Of a stretch of DNA of 64,000 bases, positions 1 to 9,661 are shown piece after piece. A program made the translations under genes and the position numbers. The DNA is from an uncultured Chloroflexota bacterium (GTDB lineage Bacteria > Chloroflexota > Dehalococcoidia > UBA2979): contig CAJXBM010000001.1 of NCBI GenBank assembly GCA_913051185.1, positions 6,754-70,753 of the forward strand. The letters run 5' to 3'. The stretch's first letter is position 1; the number at the start of each line of letters is the position of its first letter. Under the pieces are notes generated by a model. The model was given only the letters and a program-made list of their open reading frames with translations. It searched no databases and had not been told where the DNA came from.

Positions 1-350
1 TGGGTACCCGCAAGTACGGTGTAGTCGTATGAAATAACCATGGTTCGCGCTTGACTCGATGCAAAGTCTTTCCCGTTCACTGAACCAATTCCAGAGATTA
101 ATCCGTCTGCTGGAGTATTTTTCCTTAGTTCCTCGTCATTTTGTCGCTGATGTTGCCGTGCAACAACTAATGCACCATATTCTTTAAAGGTGCCTTCATC
201 TACTAATTGCTCAATGTTTTCTCTGGGCATTCTGAAACCACGAGCGTAACGTTTGGCAACTGCTTCTTCACGATTTTCGTCAAGCGTATAGGCGTGCCTT
301 GCATACGATTCTGCTAGATCAGGTCGTATGTAATCGGGGTCAGAAGACAT
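1..350 (-). CDS. acyl-CoA carboxylase carboxyltransferase (beta) subunit, PccB-like, N-terminal fragment; gene continues beyond the window start
   Basis: Hand translation of the minus strand from the ATG at 350-348 gives MSSDPDYIRPDLAESYARHAYTLDENREEAVAKRYARGFRMPRENIEQLVDEGTFKEYG...ADGLISGIGSVNGK...VISYDYTVLAGT. This matches the propionyl-CoA carboxylase beta N-terminus (ERIxxLLDEGSFxE, GVVTGYGTVxGR, VFSQDFTVFGG). Not in the ORF track because it is partial. Confidence 0.6.
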   Translation of the reverse strand, partial: MSSDPDYIRPDLAESYARHAYTLDENREEAVAKRYARGFRMPRENIEQLVDEGTFKEYGALVVARQHQRQNDEELRKNTPADGLISGIGSVNGKDFASSQARTMVISYDYTVLAGT

Positions 351-505
351 ATGATATATCACTCTCTTTAATCAACCTGTGTGACCAACTAAACTATGTT
401 TAAGCTCGATTTACTATGGTTGGTGAATCGGGCCCTAATTCGAACTTCCGATAAAGTAATTCATTACTCTCTGCCGCTCAAGCAGTGAAACGTTTGATAG
501 ATAAT

Positions 506-1387
506 TTACCCATCGAGAGCCTCATATTTTTCAGTCGTACGTTCCTCAATCTCATACAATTCTTGTAATCCAGCGTGTACTTGGAGTGTTTTGTAAGTCT
601 CCATGAGTGCGTCCATATTGCTTGCACTATTTCCTTTATAGGCTTCAGTGAATGCGGTCTGAATTGCCTGAATAGCTGCCACCTGCGCTGAGAATGGATC
701 AAGCACGAGTCGGAAATTATTTTCTAGTAACAGTTCAGTATTCCACCTACCTGGTGCTGTAATTAAGGCCATAGGTACCGATATGCTTCCACCGAGTATT
801 TTGATTTCTTCTTCCGAGCGGGGTGACCAGAGGATAACGTCAGCGCCGGCTTCCACGTAGGCATGTGACCGCTTGATCGCCGAATTGAGTGACTCGTTTG
901 CGATTGCGCTTGTTCGGGCGATAACAGTGAAATTTGGGTCCTCGCGCGCGCTAACTGTTTCGCGGATTTTTTCCTCCATTTCACCTTGTGATATGAGGTG
1001 CTCTACGCCTTTGTGGTGGTGAACTCTTTTTGGGCTGACTTGGTCTTCAATCTCGAGCGCAACTGCTCCGGTAGCTTCAATATCGCGGCATGTTCGCCAG
1101 GCATGCACAGCGTCGCCAAATCCAACTCCGACGTCGACGATTAGAGAAATATTTGATCTACTAGTAATTTGCCTGGCATATGAACTCACTTCACTTATGG
1201 AGAGTAATGCCTCTGAGATTGCCAGCTCGAACCCGAGCGCTCCGCCACTCAGGTAGCCACATGTAAAGCCGGATTCTTGAGCGATTCGAGCCATGAGCGG
1301 ATTTAGACAAAGTGGAGCTACTGTGAGATTCCGATCTTGGAGTCCTCGTGCGAATGTTTTTCTATTATCGATAACAGCTTGTCGCAT
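506..1387 (-). CDS. isocitrate lyase/PEP mutase (ICL/PEPM) family enzyme, 2-methylisocitrate lyase-like; the PrpB catalytic Cys in KRCGH is replaced (KRVHHH)
   Basis: 293 aa ORF. Clear PrpB-like blocks are present: YLSGGALG, LIVDVGVGFG, ALEIEDQVSPKR, TVIARTSA and AYVEAGADV. Confidence 0.7.
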   Translation of the reverse strand: MRQAVIDNRKTFARGLQDRNLTVAPLCLNPLMARIAQESGFTCGYLSGGALGFELAISEALLSISEVSSYARQITSRSNISLIVDVGVGFGDAVHAWRTCRDIEATGAVALEIEDQVSPKRVHHHKGVEHLISQGEMEEKIRETVSAREDPNFTVIARTSAIANESLNSAIKRSHAYVEAGADVILWSPRSEEEIKILGGSISVPMALITAPGRWNTELLLENNFRLVLDPFSAQVAAIQAIQTAFTEAYKGNSASNMDALMETYKTLQVHAGLQELYEIEERTTEKYEALDG

Positions 1388-1467
1388 ATTTCTATATAGT
1401 ATGGCATTCAGTGATGACCATAAGGAATCGCAGAGAAAGACATCGTTTAGGGAAAGTGTGATGTGAT

Positions 1468-2229
1468 ATGAATAATAAGAAGTCGACAGTATTGGCTGAG
1501 TATCAAGACAATGTCCTGTTAATCACACTCAACCGACCCGAAAGACACAATGCATTGAATTCTCTTCTCAATCATGAATTGGGAGAACTTATTTCGACGG
1601 CCGTCGACTATTCAGTTCAGGCAATTGTCATCACGGGAGCTGGCGATAAGGCGTTTTGTGCTGGGGGTGACATGCTCGAAATGAGCGGACTGGAAAACAA
1701 TTCTGAAATGCTTCCTCCAATACACGAGCGTAAGAATGCAGTGGAAGAATTGTTGCAAACACCAATTCCAGTCATCGCCGCGATCAACGGTTATTGCTAT
1801 GGTGGAGGCGCACGCTTGGCTATTGCGTGTGATATGCGGCTAGCTTCAGATAGCGCAACGTTTCGTCTTCCTGGTGTGGAATATGGCTTGGTGGTGGGCG
1901 CGGCATCTCTTCCACGTTTAGTCGGCGCAGCGAAAGCTAAAGAGTGGATCCTGACGGCAAGAAGATTTGATGCATCGGCAGCGTTGGATGCGGGGTTAGT
2001 TAACTCAATACATGCAGAAAAAGAGTTAATTAGAGATGCGATTGAGATGGCCCAACTGATAGCTTCTCATTCTTCGGAGGCGGTTCAGGCATCAAAGAAG
2101 ATCATTGATATGGCTACGATTTCTGATAAAGCTACCTATGCAGAAAACGAGGTAAATCAACGGCTTAGAGGAAGTGATGAGCAAACTCAGCGTTTTCGTA
2201 CGGCTACCAAAAAAGTCACGGGAAAGTAA
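1468..2229 (+). CDS. enoyl-CoA hydratase/isomerase (crotonase) family protein
   Basis: 253 aa with the crotonase signature LLITLNRPERHNALN ... ITGAGDKAFCAGGDM and the GYCYGGG oxyanion-hole region. Confidence 0.8.
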   Translation: MNNKKSTVLAEYQDNVLLITLNRPERHNALNSLLNHELGELISTAVDYSVQAIVITGAGDKAFCAGGDMLEMSGLENNSEMLPPIHERKNAVEELLQTPIPVIAAINGYCYGGGARLAIACDMRLASDSATFRLPGVEYGLVVGAASLPRLVGAAKAKEWILTARRFDASAALDAGLVNSIHAEKELIRDAIEMAQLIASHSSEAVQASKKIIDMATISDKATYAENEVNQRLRGSDEQTQRFRTATKKVTGK

Positions 2230-2271
2230 TTTAATAGGTTTATTTTATCGAGCATTAGAAAGGAAACCTAT

Positions 2272-3483
2272 ATGCCAGGTCCATTAACGAATGTAAAAGT
2301 ACTAGATTTCACTTGGGCCTTAGCTGGGCCGTTTGGGAGCATGATTTTGTCAGATTTAGGAGCCGATGTTCGTAAGATTGAACCGATGCAGCAGACAGAA
2401 AAGCGACGGGGAATGGGGCCGTATGTGCACGACGTGAGTACCTATTTTTTCTCAGTCAACCGCGGTAAGAAGAGTTTGATAATTGATCTAAAAGCACCTG
2501 AGGCAAAAGATGTGATCTATTCGCTAGTGAAAGATTCAGATGTGCTTACCGAGAACTTTTCGCCGGGGACCATGGACAGACTTGGGTTTGGCTATGAGCA
2601 ATTGAAAAAAATAAACCCAGGTCTGATTTATGCCTCAACTTCAGGATTTGGTCAGACTGGTCCCTATAGAAACCGAGGGGCGGTGGATATTATCGTGCAG
2701 GCTATGGGTGGTCTGATTAGTACTACAGGGCATGAAGATGATCCCCTCCCTTCGAAAGCTGGATACTCGATAGGGGATATGGCTTCAGGGCTGTTTACTG
2801 CGGTGGGCGTGTTGTCTGCCTTGGTGGAGCGTGCTACCAGTGGTCTCGGTCAGCATGTCGATGTAAGCATGTTGGACAGTCAGGTGGCGTTAATGGAAAA
2901 TCCGATGATCAGGCATCTTGCAACAGGTGAAGTTCAAGAACGAATGGGCCTGCGGCATCCGCTAAATACTCCACATCAGTTATTTCCAGCCGAAGATGGT
3001 TGGGTTGCAGTCGCCGGTGTGAAAGATACGAATTGGCAACTGTTTTTGGGCAAATTAGGTTTGGACGAGTATGTGAGTGATGAGAGATTCCTGACCGGTC
3101 CCTTTCGGACTCAAAATTACCAGGAGCTGGAGCCCATCTTATTTGCAGCGTTCAGGAAAAGATCTGTTTCTGATTGGTTAGATGAATTGCGAGATCATTT
3201 TTTGATAGGACCTGTAAATTCAATTGCGGATGTAGCAATTGATCCTCAGGTCAATTCCAGAGATATGCTTGTCAGCTTACCCACGTGGACTGGCGGTGAG
3301 ATTGTCGTATCGAATACTCCGGTGAAACTGTCACGTACACCAGGTGGTGCAGTGCGTGGTGCATCTAAGCCAGGTGAACACACGAGGGTTCTATTGTCGG
3401 ATGCAGGATTTTCAGAAGATGCGATCGATGCACTGATTGACGCCGGTGTAATCGGAATTGAGCCAGTATCTGCTGACGAATAG
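2272..3483 (+). CDS. CoA-transferase family III (CaiB/BaiF/Frc-like)
   Basis: 403 aa. The N-terminus VKVLDFTWALAGPFGSMILSDLGADVRKIEP is typical of family III CoA-transferases. An AGGAAA RBS precedes the start. Confidence 0.85.
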   Translation: MPGPLTNVKVLDFTWALAGPFGSMILSDLGADVRKIEPMQQTEKRRGMGPYVHDVSTYFFSVNRGKKSLIIDLKAPEAKDVIYSLVKDSDVLTENFSPGTMDRLGFGYEQLKKINPGLIYASTSGFGQTGPYRNRGAVDIIVQAMGGLISTTGHEDDPLPSKAGYSIGDMASGLFTAVGVLSALVERATSGLGQHVDVSMLDSQVALMENPMIRHLATGEVQERMGLRHPLNTPHQLFPAEDGWVAVAGVKDTNWQLFLGKLGLDEYVSDERFLTGPFRTQNYQELEPILFAAFRKRSVSDWLDELRDHFLIGPVNSIADVAIDPQVNSRDMLVSLPTWTGGEIVVSNTPVKLSRTPGGAVRGASKPGEHTRVLLSDAGFSEDAIDALIDAGVIGIEPVSADE

Positions 3484-3675
3484 TCGCTGCTAATAGTCTT
3501 ATAAAATGGCAAGTGATACTCCTCAGGAATTTTGGAGGGAGTGAAGGGGCGTATCGATAGAATTTAGCTGGTAGATTTTATCCAGAGAATTCTTCAAAAA
3601 TGCGCTACACTCCGCTCAGGAATTACAGGCGTGGTAATTCCATCATCCGCACTGAGGTGCATGAGGGAGTATGTA

Positions 3676-5583
3676 ATGAGCGAACGAAACTACTGGTCGA
3701 GGAATAGAGTTTCTCGGAGGACGGCCTTGAGGTCGGGAGGTCTGCTGGGTGCTGGATTGGCAGGTGCAGCCCTGATAGGGTGTGGCGGCAGTGATGAGGC
3801 AGAAGATGCTTCGGCTGCAACAAGTTCAAGTGCAAGTTCAAGTTCAAGTTCAAGTTCAAGTTCGGCCGCGACACAGGCGGCAACTCAGGCGGCAACTCAA
3901 GCCGCGACTCAAGCCGCGCAGACAGGACCAAAGCGAGGCGGGATTGGTATCGGTCAGTCTGCGACAGTCTACGAGTCGTTTGATTCGCATCGCACGGCTG
4001 CGAGCCCAGTTCTTCAAATCACATCTCACTTTCAGAATAAACTTCTTCGCTTCTCTCACCCCGATAAAGGTGAAGTAGTGGGGGACTTGGTTGAGACTTG
4101 GGAACAGGCAGATCCGACTACGCTCGTTTTGCACCTTAGGAAAGGTGTGAAGTGGCATGATGAAGGGCCGGGTGCTAAGAATCCTGCGGCTGCGCCTGGA
4201 CGTGAATTTGTGTCATCGGACGTGGTTTGGAATTTAGATCGTCAGATGCGAGGAACGCTGGAAGATGGCACAGAAGCATCATTCCCTCGTAACGGTTACT
4301 GGAATCAAATTGGCTCGATCGAGACTCCAGATGATTACACTGTCCGATTAAACCTTAAAGCGGTCGACGTTACTTTTATTCAGGGTTTAGCAAACGAGTT
4401 CAACTATATGAACCAACCAGAGCTTATGACTGCTGTAGAGGGAAAGCATTCAGAGATTGACGCAGGTAACGTGATCGGAACGGGTCCGTTCGTGTTAACT
4501 GAGTGGATCCCAGGCGAGCGCGTCTCAGCCGTACGGAATCCTTCCTACTATGACAAGACAAAGCCATATCTTGATGGTCAAGTATGGATTCAGAACTTTA
4601 CGGATCCAGTTGCTTATCGAGTAGCGTTTGAGCAAAAGCAAGTTATGGGATTTACGGATCCTGATCCGACCGTCACGCTAGCTATGAATGCCGACAAGCC
4701 GGACGAAACTGAAGTTCGGTATAATGGAGTGGCTAATACAGTTGCCGCGTACACGAATACGAACCTTCCTTTTTGGAATGACAATCGTATAACTCGCGCG
4801 ATTGACATGGCTATCGATCGACGGCTGATTATTCAGCAGTTGCATGGTGGACTTGCAAAAGTGTCAGGTCCGGTTACTTGGATTCAGGGTGCATGGGCAA
4901 TTCCTCAGGAGGATCTAGCGACCACACCTGGATATCAGTCCGGTGCTGAGCGTGAAAAAGATCTTATTGAGGCAAATAAGTATTGGCAGGCCGCCGGTGG
5001 ACCGGGCCACGGAGAGATTGAATGGACGATTGCAAAACTGTGGTCTGATAGAGCCTCTTGGGCAATCACACCGGATCTTATATCTCAGATGTTCAATGAT
5101 GCTTTTGCGACAAGCCAATTCAAGGGTGTTTCAAAAACTTATGGTGAGATTATTCCTTCCTGGTTTGCTAAGACATTTGATCCGTTCTTCGCATGGATTC
5201 CAAACATTGAGATTCCGGATGCAAGAGCTGATATGAAGTCGGCATTTCACTCGACCTCAGCAGCTAATATTTGGAGCGTGAATGAGCCAGATAAGATTGA
5301 TGCGCCTCTGGATGCAGCCTTATCCGAGTTCGACTACGAAACGGCTTACGATTTAGTTCGAGGTGTTCAGGACTTTGTGGTAGAAAATGGTCAATTTGGA
5401 CGTCATATCGCGTACAACTATGTAGTACCTGCATTGAGTTGGAACTATAGGAAGATGACTTACCCTGGTGATGGAGAGGGATGGAGCTTCTTGTCTGGTA
5501 GCCTCTGGGCACACGATGCGTGGATCGACACCGATGACCCGACGTGGGAAGGTGCATCACAGCCTGCGCCCACTCCTCTCTAG
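3676..5583 (+). CDS. ABC transporter substrate-binding lipoprotein, family 5 (peptide/nickel/opine DppA-OppA type), with Tat-like signal and low-complexity Ser/(ATQA)n linker
   Basis: The ORF 3631-5583 was re-started at ATG 3676, which follows GAGGGAG at 6 nt spacing. It has an SRRTAL twin-arginine-like motif plus lipobox LIGCGG, and the family 5 SBP body (GTGPFVLTEW ... NPSYYD). Confidence 0.8.
   Translation: MSERNYWSRNRVSRRTALRSGGLLGAGLAGAALIGCGGSDEAEDASAATSSSASSSSSSSSSSAATQAATQAATQAATQAAQTGPKRGGIGIGQSATVYESFDSHRTAASPVLQITSHFQNKLLRFSHPDKGEVVGDLVETWEQADPTTLVLHLRKGVKWHDEGPGAKNPAAAPGREFVSSDVVWNLDRQMRGTLEDGTEASFPRNGYWNQIGSIETPDDYTVRLNLKAVDVTFIQGLANEFNYMNQPELMTAVEGKHSEIDAGNVIGTGPFVLTEWIPGERVSAVRNPSYYDKTKPYLDGQVWIQNFTDPVAYRVAFEQKQVMGFTDPDPTVTLAMNADKPDETEVRYNGVANTVAAYTNTNLPFWNDNRITRAIDMAIDRRLIIQQLHGGLAKVSGPVTWIQGAWAIPQEDLATTPGYQSGAEREKDLIEANKYWQAAGGPGHGEIEWTIAKLWSDRASWAITPDLISQMFNDAFATSQFKGVSKTYGEIIPSWFAKTFDPFFAWIPNIEIPDARADMKSAFHSTSAANIWSVNEPDKIDAPLDAALSEFDYETAYDLVRGVQDFVVENGQFGRHIAYNYVVPALSWNYRKMTYPGDGEGWSFLSGSLWAHDAWIDTDDPTWEGASQPAPTPL
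3823..3918 (+). repeat. coding tandem repeats: (AGTTCA)n then four 12-mers GCGACWCARGCS, encoding a poly-Ser run and (ATQA)4 linker
   Basis: Directly visible tandem hexamer and dodecamer repeats lie inside the SBP gene. Alternate-frame ORFs here (LNLNLN, VQVQVQ) are artefacts of the repeat. Confidence 0.8.
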
Positions 5584-5604
5584 TATCTAGCGAGAATGAA
5601 TGCT

Positions 5605-5634
5605 CCCCAGCCACCATGACCATGGTGGCTGGGG
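5605..5634 (+). terminator. intercistronic GC-rich perfect hairpin (13-14 bp stem) between SBP and permease genes; no U-tract, likely mRNA-stabilising/attenuating stem-loop rather than a full terminator
   Basis: The arms ccccagccaccatg and catggtggctgggg are perfectly complementary. The hairpin sits 22 nt after the SBP stop. Confidence 0.55.
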
Positions 5635-5712
5635 AAACACTTCTATAGGTATGATGTTCTAATTTGTGCTGTGTGTTAACAATGGTTGAAGTTGGGGTCA
5701 AGTTAATTCGAT

Positions 5713-6672
5713 ATGCTTAACTATATTATTCGGCGCTGTACGCTAAATATCGGCGTAATTTATCTAGTCGGCAGTCTGATATTCGTGTTAGTTCGATTGC
5801 TTCCTGGTTCGTTTGTGATCCAACGGGGCGGTTTAGACATTGGAGGCCTTACTCCAGAGCGACTGGAACTTGCCAAGGCTGAGTTAGGTTTAGATAAGCC
5901 GGTTTTAGAGCAGTACCTGACCTATTGGGCAGATTTGCTGAGGTTAGACTTTGGATTTTCTTTTGAAACTCGAAACTCAGTAGCCAGTGAGTTGCTAGCG
6001 GCCTTCCCTTATAGCATGGAGCTCGGGGTCGGAATTCTAGTAATTGGGCTATCTATTTCTCTCCCTGTTGGAGTTATATCAGCAGTGAAACAAGATAAGT
6101 GGCAGGATTATCTTTTACGAGGATTTGCTATAGTCGCGCTGTCATTCCCTGTATTTTGGACGGCGGCTTTGGTGACTATTGCGAATCTTAATTTTGGGAG
6201 CCCATTGCGACTTGAGGTCATAGCACAGCCACATATATGGCAGGATCCGTGGGCAGCATTACAGTGGTACATCATTCCTGCGACTTGTGGAGGAGTAGCA
6301 GGGACGGCTTCAATTATGCGAGTTTTGCGGTCTGAGTTATTAGAGGTTCTTCGACAGGACTATATCCGTACTGCGCGTTCAAAGGGCTTACAAGAACGTG
6401 GAGTTATTTTGCGTCACGCCTTGCAGAATGCTTTTTTGCCGGTATTAACGTTGATTGGAATTACCATCGCGGGATTAATTACAGGCCAGATAGTGCTCGA
6501 GAGTATGTTCAATATTCCAGGAGTAGGGCGTGAACTTGTAGAGGCCGTCTCACTTCGTGATTACAGCATGGTACAGGGCATCACCTTGGTGGTTGCGTCA
6601 GTCATCGTGTTTACGAATTTGTTGGTTGATATCTCGTATGGTTATCTTGACCCGAGAGTGAGGTTCGCATGA
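5713..6672 (+). CDS. ABC transporter permease (DppB/OppB-like)
   Basis: 319 aa, multi-TM, with a BPD_transp_1 EAA-like region (YIRTARSKGL). It overlaps the next gene by 4 nt. Confidence 0.85.
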   Translation: MLNYIIRRCTLNIGVIYLVGSLIFVLVRLLPGSFVIQRGGLDIGGLTPERLELAKAELGLDKPVLEQYLTYWADLLRLDFGFSFETRNSVASELLAAFPYSMELGVGILVIGLSISLPVGVISAVKQDKWQDYLLRGFAIVALSFPVFWTAALVTIANLNFGSPLRLEVIAQPHIWQDPWAALQWYIIPATCGGVAGTASIMRVLRSELLEVLRQDYIRTARSKGLQERGVILRHALQNAFLPVLTLIGITIAGLITGQIVLESMFNIPGVGRELVEAVSLRDYSMVQGITLVVASVIVFTNLLVDISYGYLDPRVRFA

Positions 6673-7655
6673 GCCAGTCGGCCGACCCATTGATTGTTGA
6701 TTCCATTTCTGAGACAAGTGCGATAAGCTCTCCAATTCGAACTTTTGGTCGAGGCTTGGCGTTTTTCTACAGAAAGAAAACATTGGGTGCTATAGGTCTC
6801 ACCATAATTCTTACGGTGATGATACTAGCCGTATTTGCCCCATTATTTTCTCGATATGATCCAAGTTTTATTTTTCAGTCGGAAAATCCAAATTATAAAA
6901 CGAACCCAACGATCATGGATTTAGCAAAAGATTCCAATGTGGGTTCACCCATTATTGTGACGCAGCTAACTGATCCTGATTCTGAGCATTGGTTCGGTAC
7001 ATCTCGAGCCGGTCATGATATTTATGCGCGAATCATATATGGAACACGTACATCTCTGATGGTTGGGCTGATAGCCTCAGTAATTGCCGTTGGGTTGGGG
7101 ATAATTGTAGGTGGTGCGACAGGGTACTACTTGGGCTGGCTTGATCTACTGGTTCAAAGGCTTATAGATACTCTGCAAGCACTCCCTTCGCTTGTACTTT
7201 TACTTTTAATAGGGCAAACATTTGAACCCTCTTTGCGAAATGTGATTATGACCATGGGTGTAATTGGATTACCGATTACATCAAGGCTTATTCGTTCAGC
7301 AGTGCTTGCCCTGCGGGCGAGTACGTTTGTTGAAGCTGCGACTGCTTTGGGTGCGAGTGATTCTCGAATAATGTTCAGACATGTTCTGCCAAATATAGGA
7401 TCTGTAGTAATTATTAGTTTTACTATTGGAATAGGTGCCTATATTTTGTTTGAAGCCACCCTTTCGTTCTTAGGTGTAGGGCCATCGGGTGTTATTTCTT
7501 GGGGTCGTATGGTAAATGAAGGTAGAGCGTCAATTGATATCCATCCATGGCTTACAGTATTTTCTGGTGCAGCACTCTCATTGACTGTCGTGGCATTTAA
7601 CTTATTTGGCGATGCTATCAGAGATGTACTTGATCCTCGACTCAGGGGATCTTGA
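6669..7655 (+). CDS. ABC transporter permease (DppC/OppC-like)
   Basis: 328 aa with an N-terminal OppC-type anchor, WFGTSRAGHDIYARIIYG, and the EAA motif FVEAATALGAS. Confidence 0.85.
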   Translation: MSQSADPLIVDSISETSAISSPIRTFGRGLAFFYRKKTLGAIGLTIILTVMILAVFAPLFSRYDPSFIFQSENPNYKTNPTIMDLAKDSNVGSPIIVTQLTDPDSEHWFGTSRAGHDIYARIIYGTRTSLMVGLIASVIAVGLGIIVGGATGYYLGWLDLLVQRLIDTLQALPSLVLLLLIGQTFEPSLRNVIMTMGVIGLPITSRLIRSAVLALRASTFVEAATALGASDSRIMFRHVLPNIGSVVIISFTIGIGAYILFEATLSFLGVGPSGVISWGRMVNEGRASIDIHPWLTVFSGAALSLTVVAFNLFGDAIRDVLDPRLRGS

Positions 7656-8003
7656 TTTTACCAAGGCCAGACTGAAGAAGCGCATGTTACCAGATTGCCT
7701 CGACACGATATGAAGATTATCGATCGGATATAAGTCGAGCTACAGCCTTTTTTAAGGTGATATCAAGTTACCCTAGCTCTAGCCAAATTGCCGTTGTGTG
7801 GTCAGAATGATTTCATCAATCTCTTGCCCATTTATACAAAATCCGGTAGATGTAGGCATTCCGGAAGTTGGTGATTTATCACGACTCAAGAATCGAGAGA
7901 TGTTTTCACAGCCGCCGATCTAACGGATGAAGATCGTGGAGCAAGATTTCCGTACAAGTGGAGAGTATTTGCGGCGGTAGGATTATCACTTTTTACGTCA
8001 GTA

Positions 8004-9650
8004 ATGAGCTTTTCAATGACGTTTGTAGTACTCGGTGCAATAGCGGATGATTTCGATATCAGCTTGAGTACGGTGAGTTGGGTAGTAATAGTTCAATCAT
8101 TAGTGATTAGCGCGTTAATGATGCCGATGGGCCGTTTTGGCGACATCATTGGTCGCAAGAGAATTCATTTACTTGGGCTGATTTTTTTTGCATCGGGGGC
8201 TACGCTTACCGCTTTTGCTCCAACTTTTGGGATATTGATCATTTCACGAATCATCACCTCCATTGGTAATGCAATGGGACAGTCGGTTGGGACTGCAATT
8301 GTGGTTTCTGCATTTCCCACGACGGAGCGTGGCAAAGCCATTGGAAGTCAAACGACTGCGGTTGCAATTGGAGGGGCCTCTGGCCCAATTTTTGGCGGCT
8401 TTGTTCTGCAATTTCTCCCGTGGGAGGCCTTATTCATTATTCTTTTGATTCCAGTTGCTATAGCTTTCTTTGCGGCTTTGTTTTTTTTGAAATCAGATAG
8501 CCAGATGCAAACGTTAGACTCAGTTCGAAGCCCGTTTGATGGTGTTGGCGCCTTTGTTTCAGCTGCAGCAATAATTCTTTTGGTTGTTGCCATTAATAAT
8601 CCCTTTGGATTCGGATGGATTTCGTCTGAGATGATGATCGCATTGGGACTTTTTTTGCTTCTCACGATTATTTTTATTATCTGGGAACTCCGAATTAAAG
8701 TACCCATGTTTCAATTGCGAATGTTTAGCAGCGGTAATTTTAGCTTGGCAGTATTGACGAGACTTCTTGGTTTTGGTGGAGCCACAGCTGTGCGATTTAT
8801 CGTGCCAGTCTTTTTGATTAGTTTATTACAACTGAATGAGGCAGTAGCAGGTGCAATATTGCTTCTCACATCTTTGGGTATGGCTGTAGGAGCTCAAATT
8901 TCTGGTCGTATGAGCGATAAATTTGGTCCACGACCTTTTGCTATTTTAGGGTTCACGTTGGCTTTCATAACGACGTTTGCGATGGTGTTTGTTGGTCGTG
9001 ACACGTCGCTTGTCCTGTTAGGTTTCATTTTGCTATTCAACGGACTTTCAATGGGCCTTTGGAATGTGACAAATAATGCCGTGATTATAGGATCCGTTTC
9101 TGATTCCGAATTAGGTGTGATTGGTGCCTTTACTAATTTGACTCGGAATTTAGGCAATGTGACTGGACAGGCTCTATCTGCATCGGTTGTAGCAGGAGTT
9201 ATGCTGAGCAGTGGATTTGATGTCCCACTCAATGAGATTGGTGACGATATGGCAGCAGGCGATTCATTTCTTGCTGGCACGCGCGTCGCTTATTTGCTGG
9301 TGTCAGGGATCACTTTCGTTAGCTTAGTACTTGCATTTTTTACAAAATCGAGTACGGAGCCGAAAGATATGGAAATTCCGATGTCACTAATGGATGATAG
9401 TTCACTAATATCAGCTGATAACGTTGCCTCCGTGCCTCCAAGACGCGCCGCACGCATTATGGCGGACGGGCCACCATCTGCTAATTATCGAAAGGATGAT
9501 AGAGGTAAGTTTGCTGCTGGGAATTTGCCACCTGAAATAGAGGTGGTATCTCGCCCTGCTATACCGTTATTGGTCATTATCGTCTCGATCGTCGTAGGGG
9601 TTTTCGCAGTAATTAAGTTCTTTCAAACTGATGAACAACAAGTTGACTAA
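8004..9650 (+). CDS. MFS transporter, DHA2-like (14 TMS-type); true N-terminus probably extends upstream (see findings)
   Basis: 548 aa. MFS motifs MPMGRFGDIIGRKR and many TM segments are present. It is a paralog of 12810-14444, with about 55% identity over the N-terminal 170 aa. Confidence 0.75.
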   Translation: MSFSMTFVVLGAIADDFDISLSTVSWVVIVQSLVISALMMPMGRFGDIIGRKRIHLLGLIFFASGATLTAFAPTFGILIISRIITSIGNAMGQSVGTAIVVSAFPTTERGKAIGSQTTAVAIGGASGPIFGGFVLQFLPWEALFIILLIPVAIAFFAALFFLKSDSQMQTLDSVRSPFDGVGAFVSAAAIILLVVAINNPFGFGWISSEMMIALGLFLLLTIIFIIWELRIKVPMFQLRMFSSGNFSLAVLTRLLGFGGATAVRFIVPVFLISLLQLNEAVAGAILLLTSLGMAVGAQISGRMSDKFGPRPFAILGFTLAFITTFAMVFVGRDTSLVLLGFILLFNGLSMGLWNVTNNAVIIGSVSDSELGVIGAFTNLTRNLGNVTGQALSASVVAGVMLSSGFDVPLNEIGDDMAAGDSFLAGTRVAYLLVSGITFVSLVLAFFTKSSTEPKDMEIPMSLMDDSSLISADNVASVPPRRAARIMADGPPSANYRKDDRGKFAAGNLPPEIEVVSRPAIPLLVIIVSIVVGVFAVIKFFQTDEQQVD

Positions 9651-9661
9651 GTACTATTTTC

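Noticed and set aside
3623-4158. Track ORFs 3623-3931(-), 3782-4078(+) and 3856-4158(-) with LNLNLN / VQVQVQ repeats
   Set aside because: They are alternate-frame readings of the tandem hexamer/dodecamer repeats inside the SBP gene. They show no RBS and have low-complexity artefact composition.
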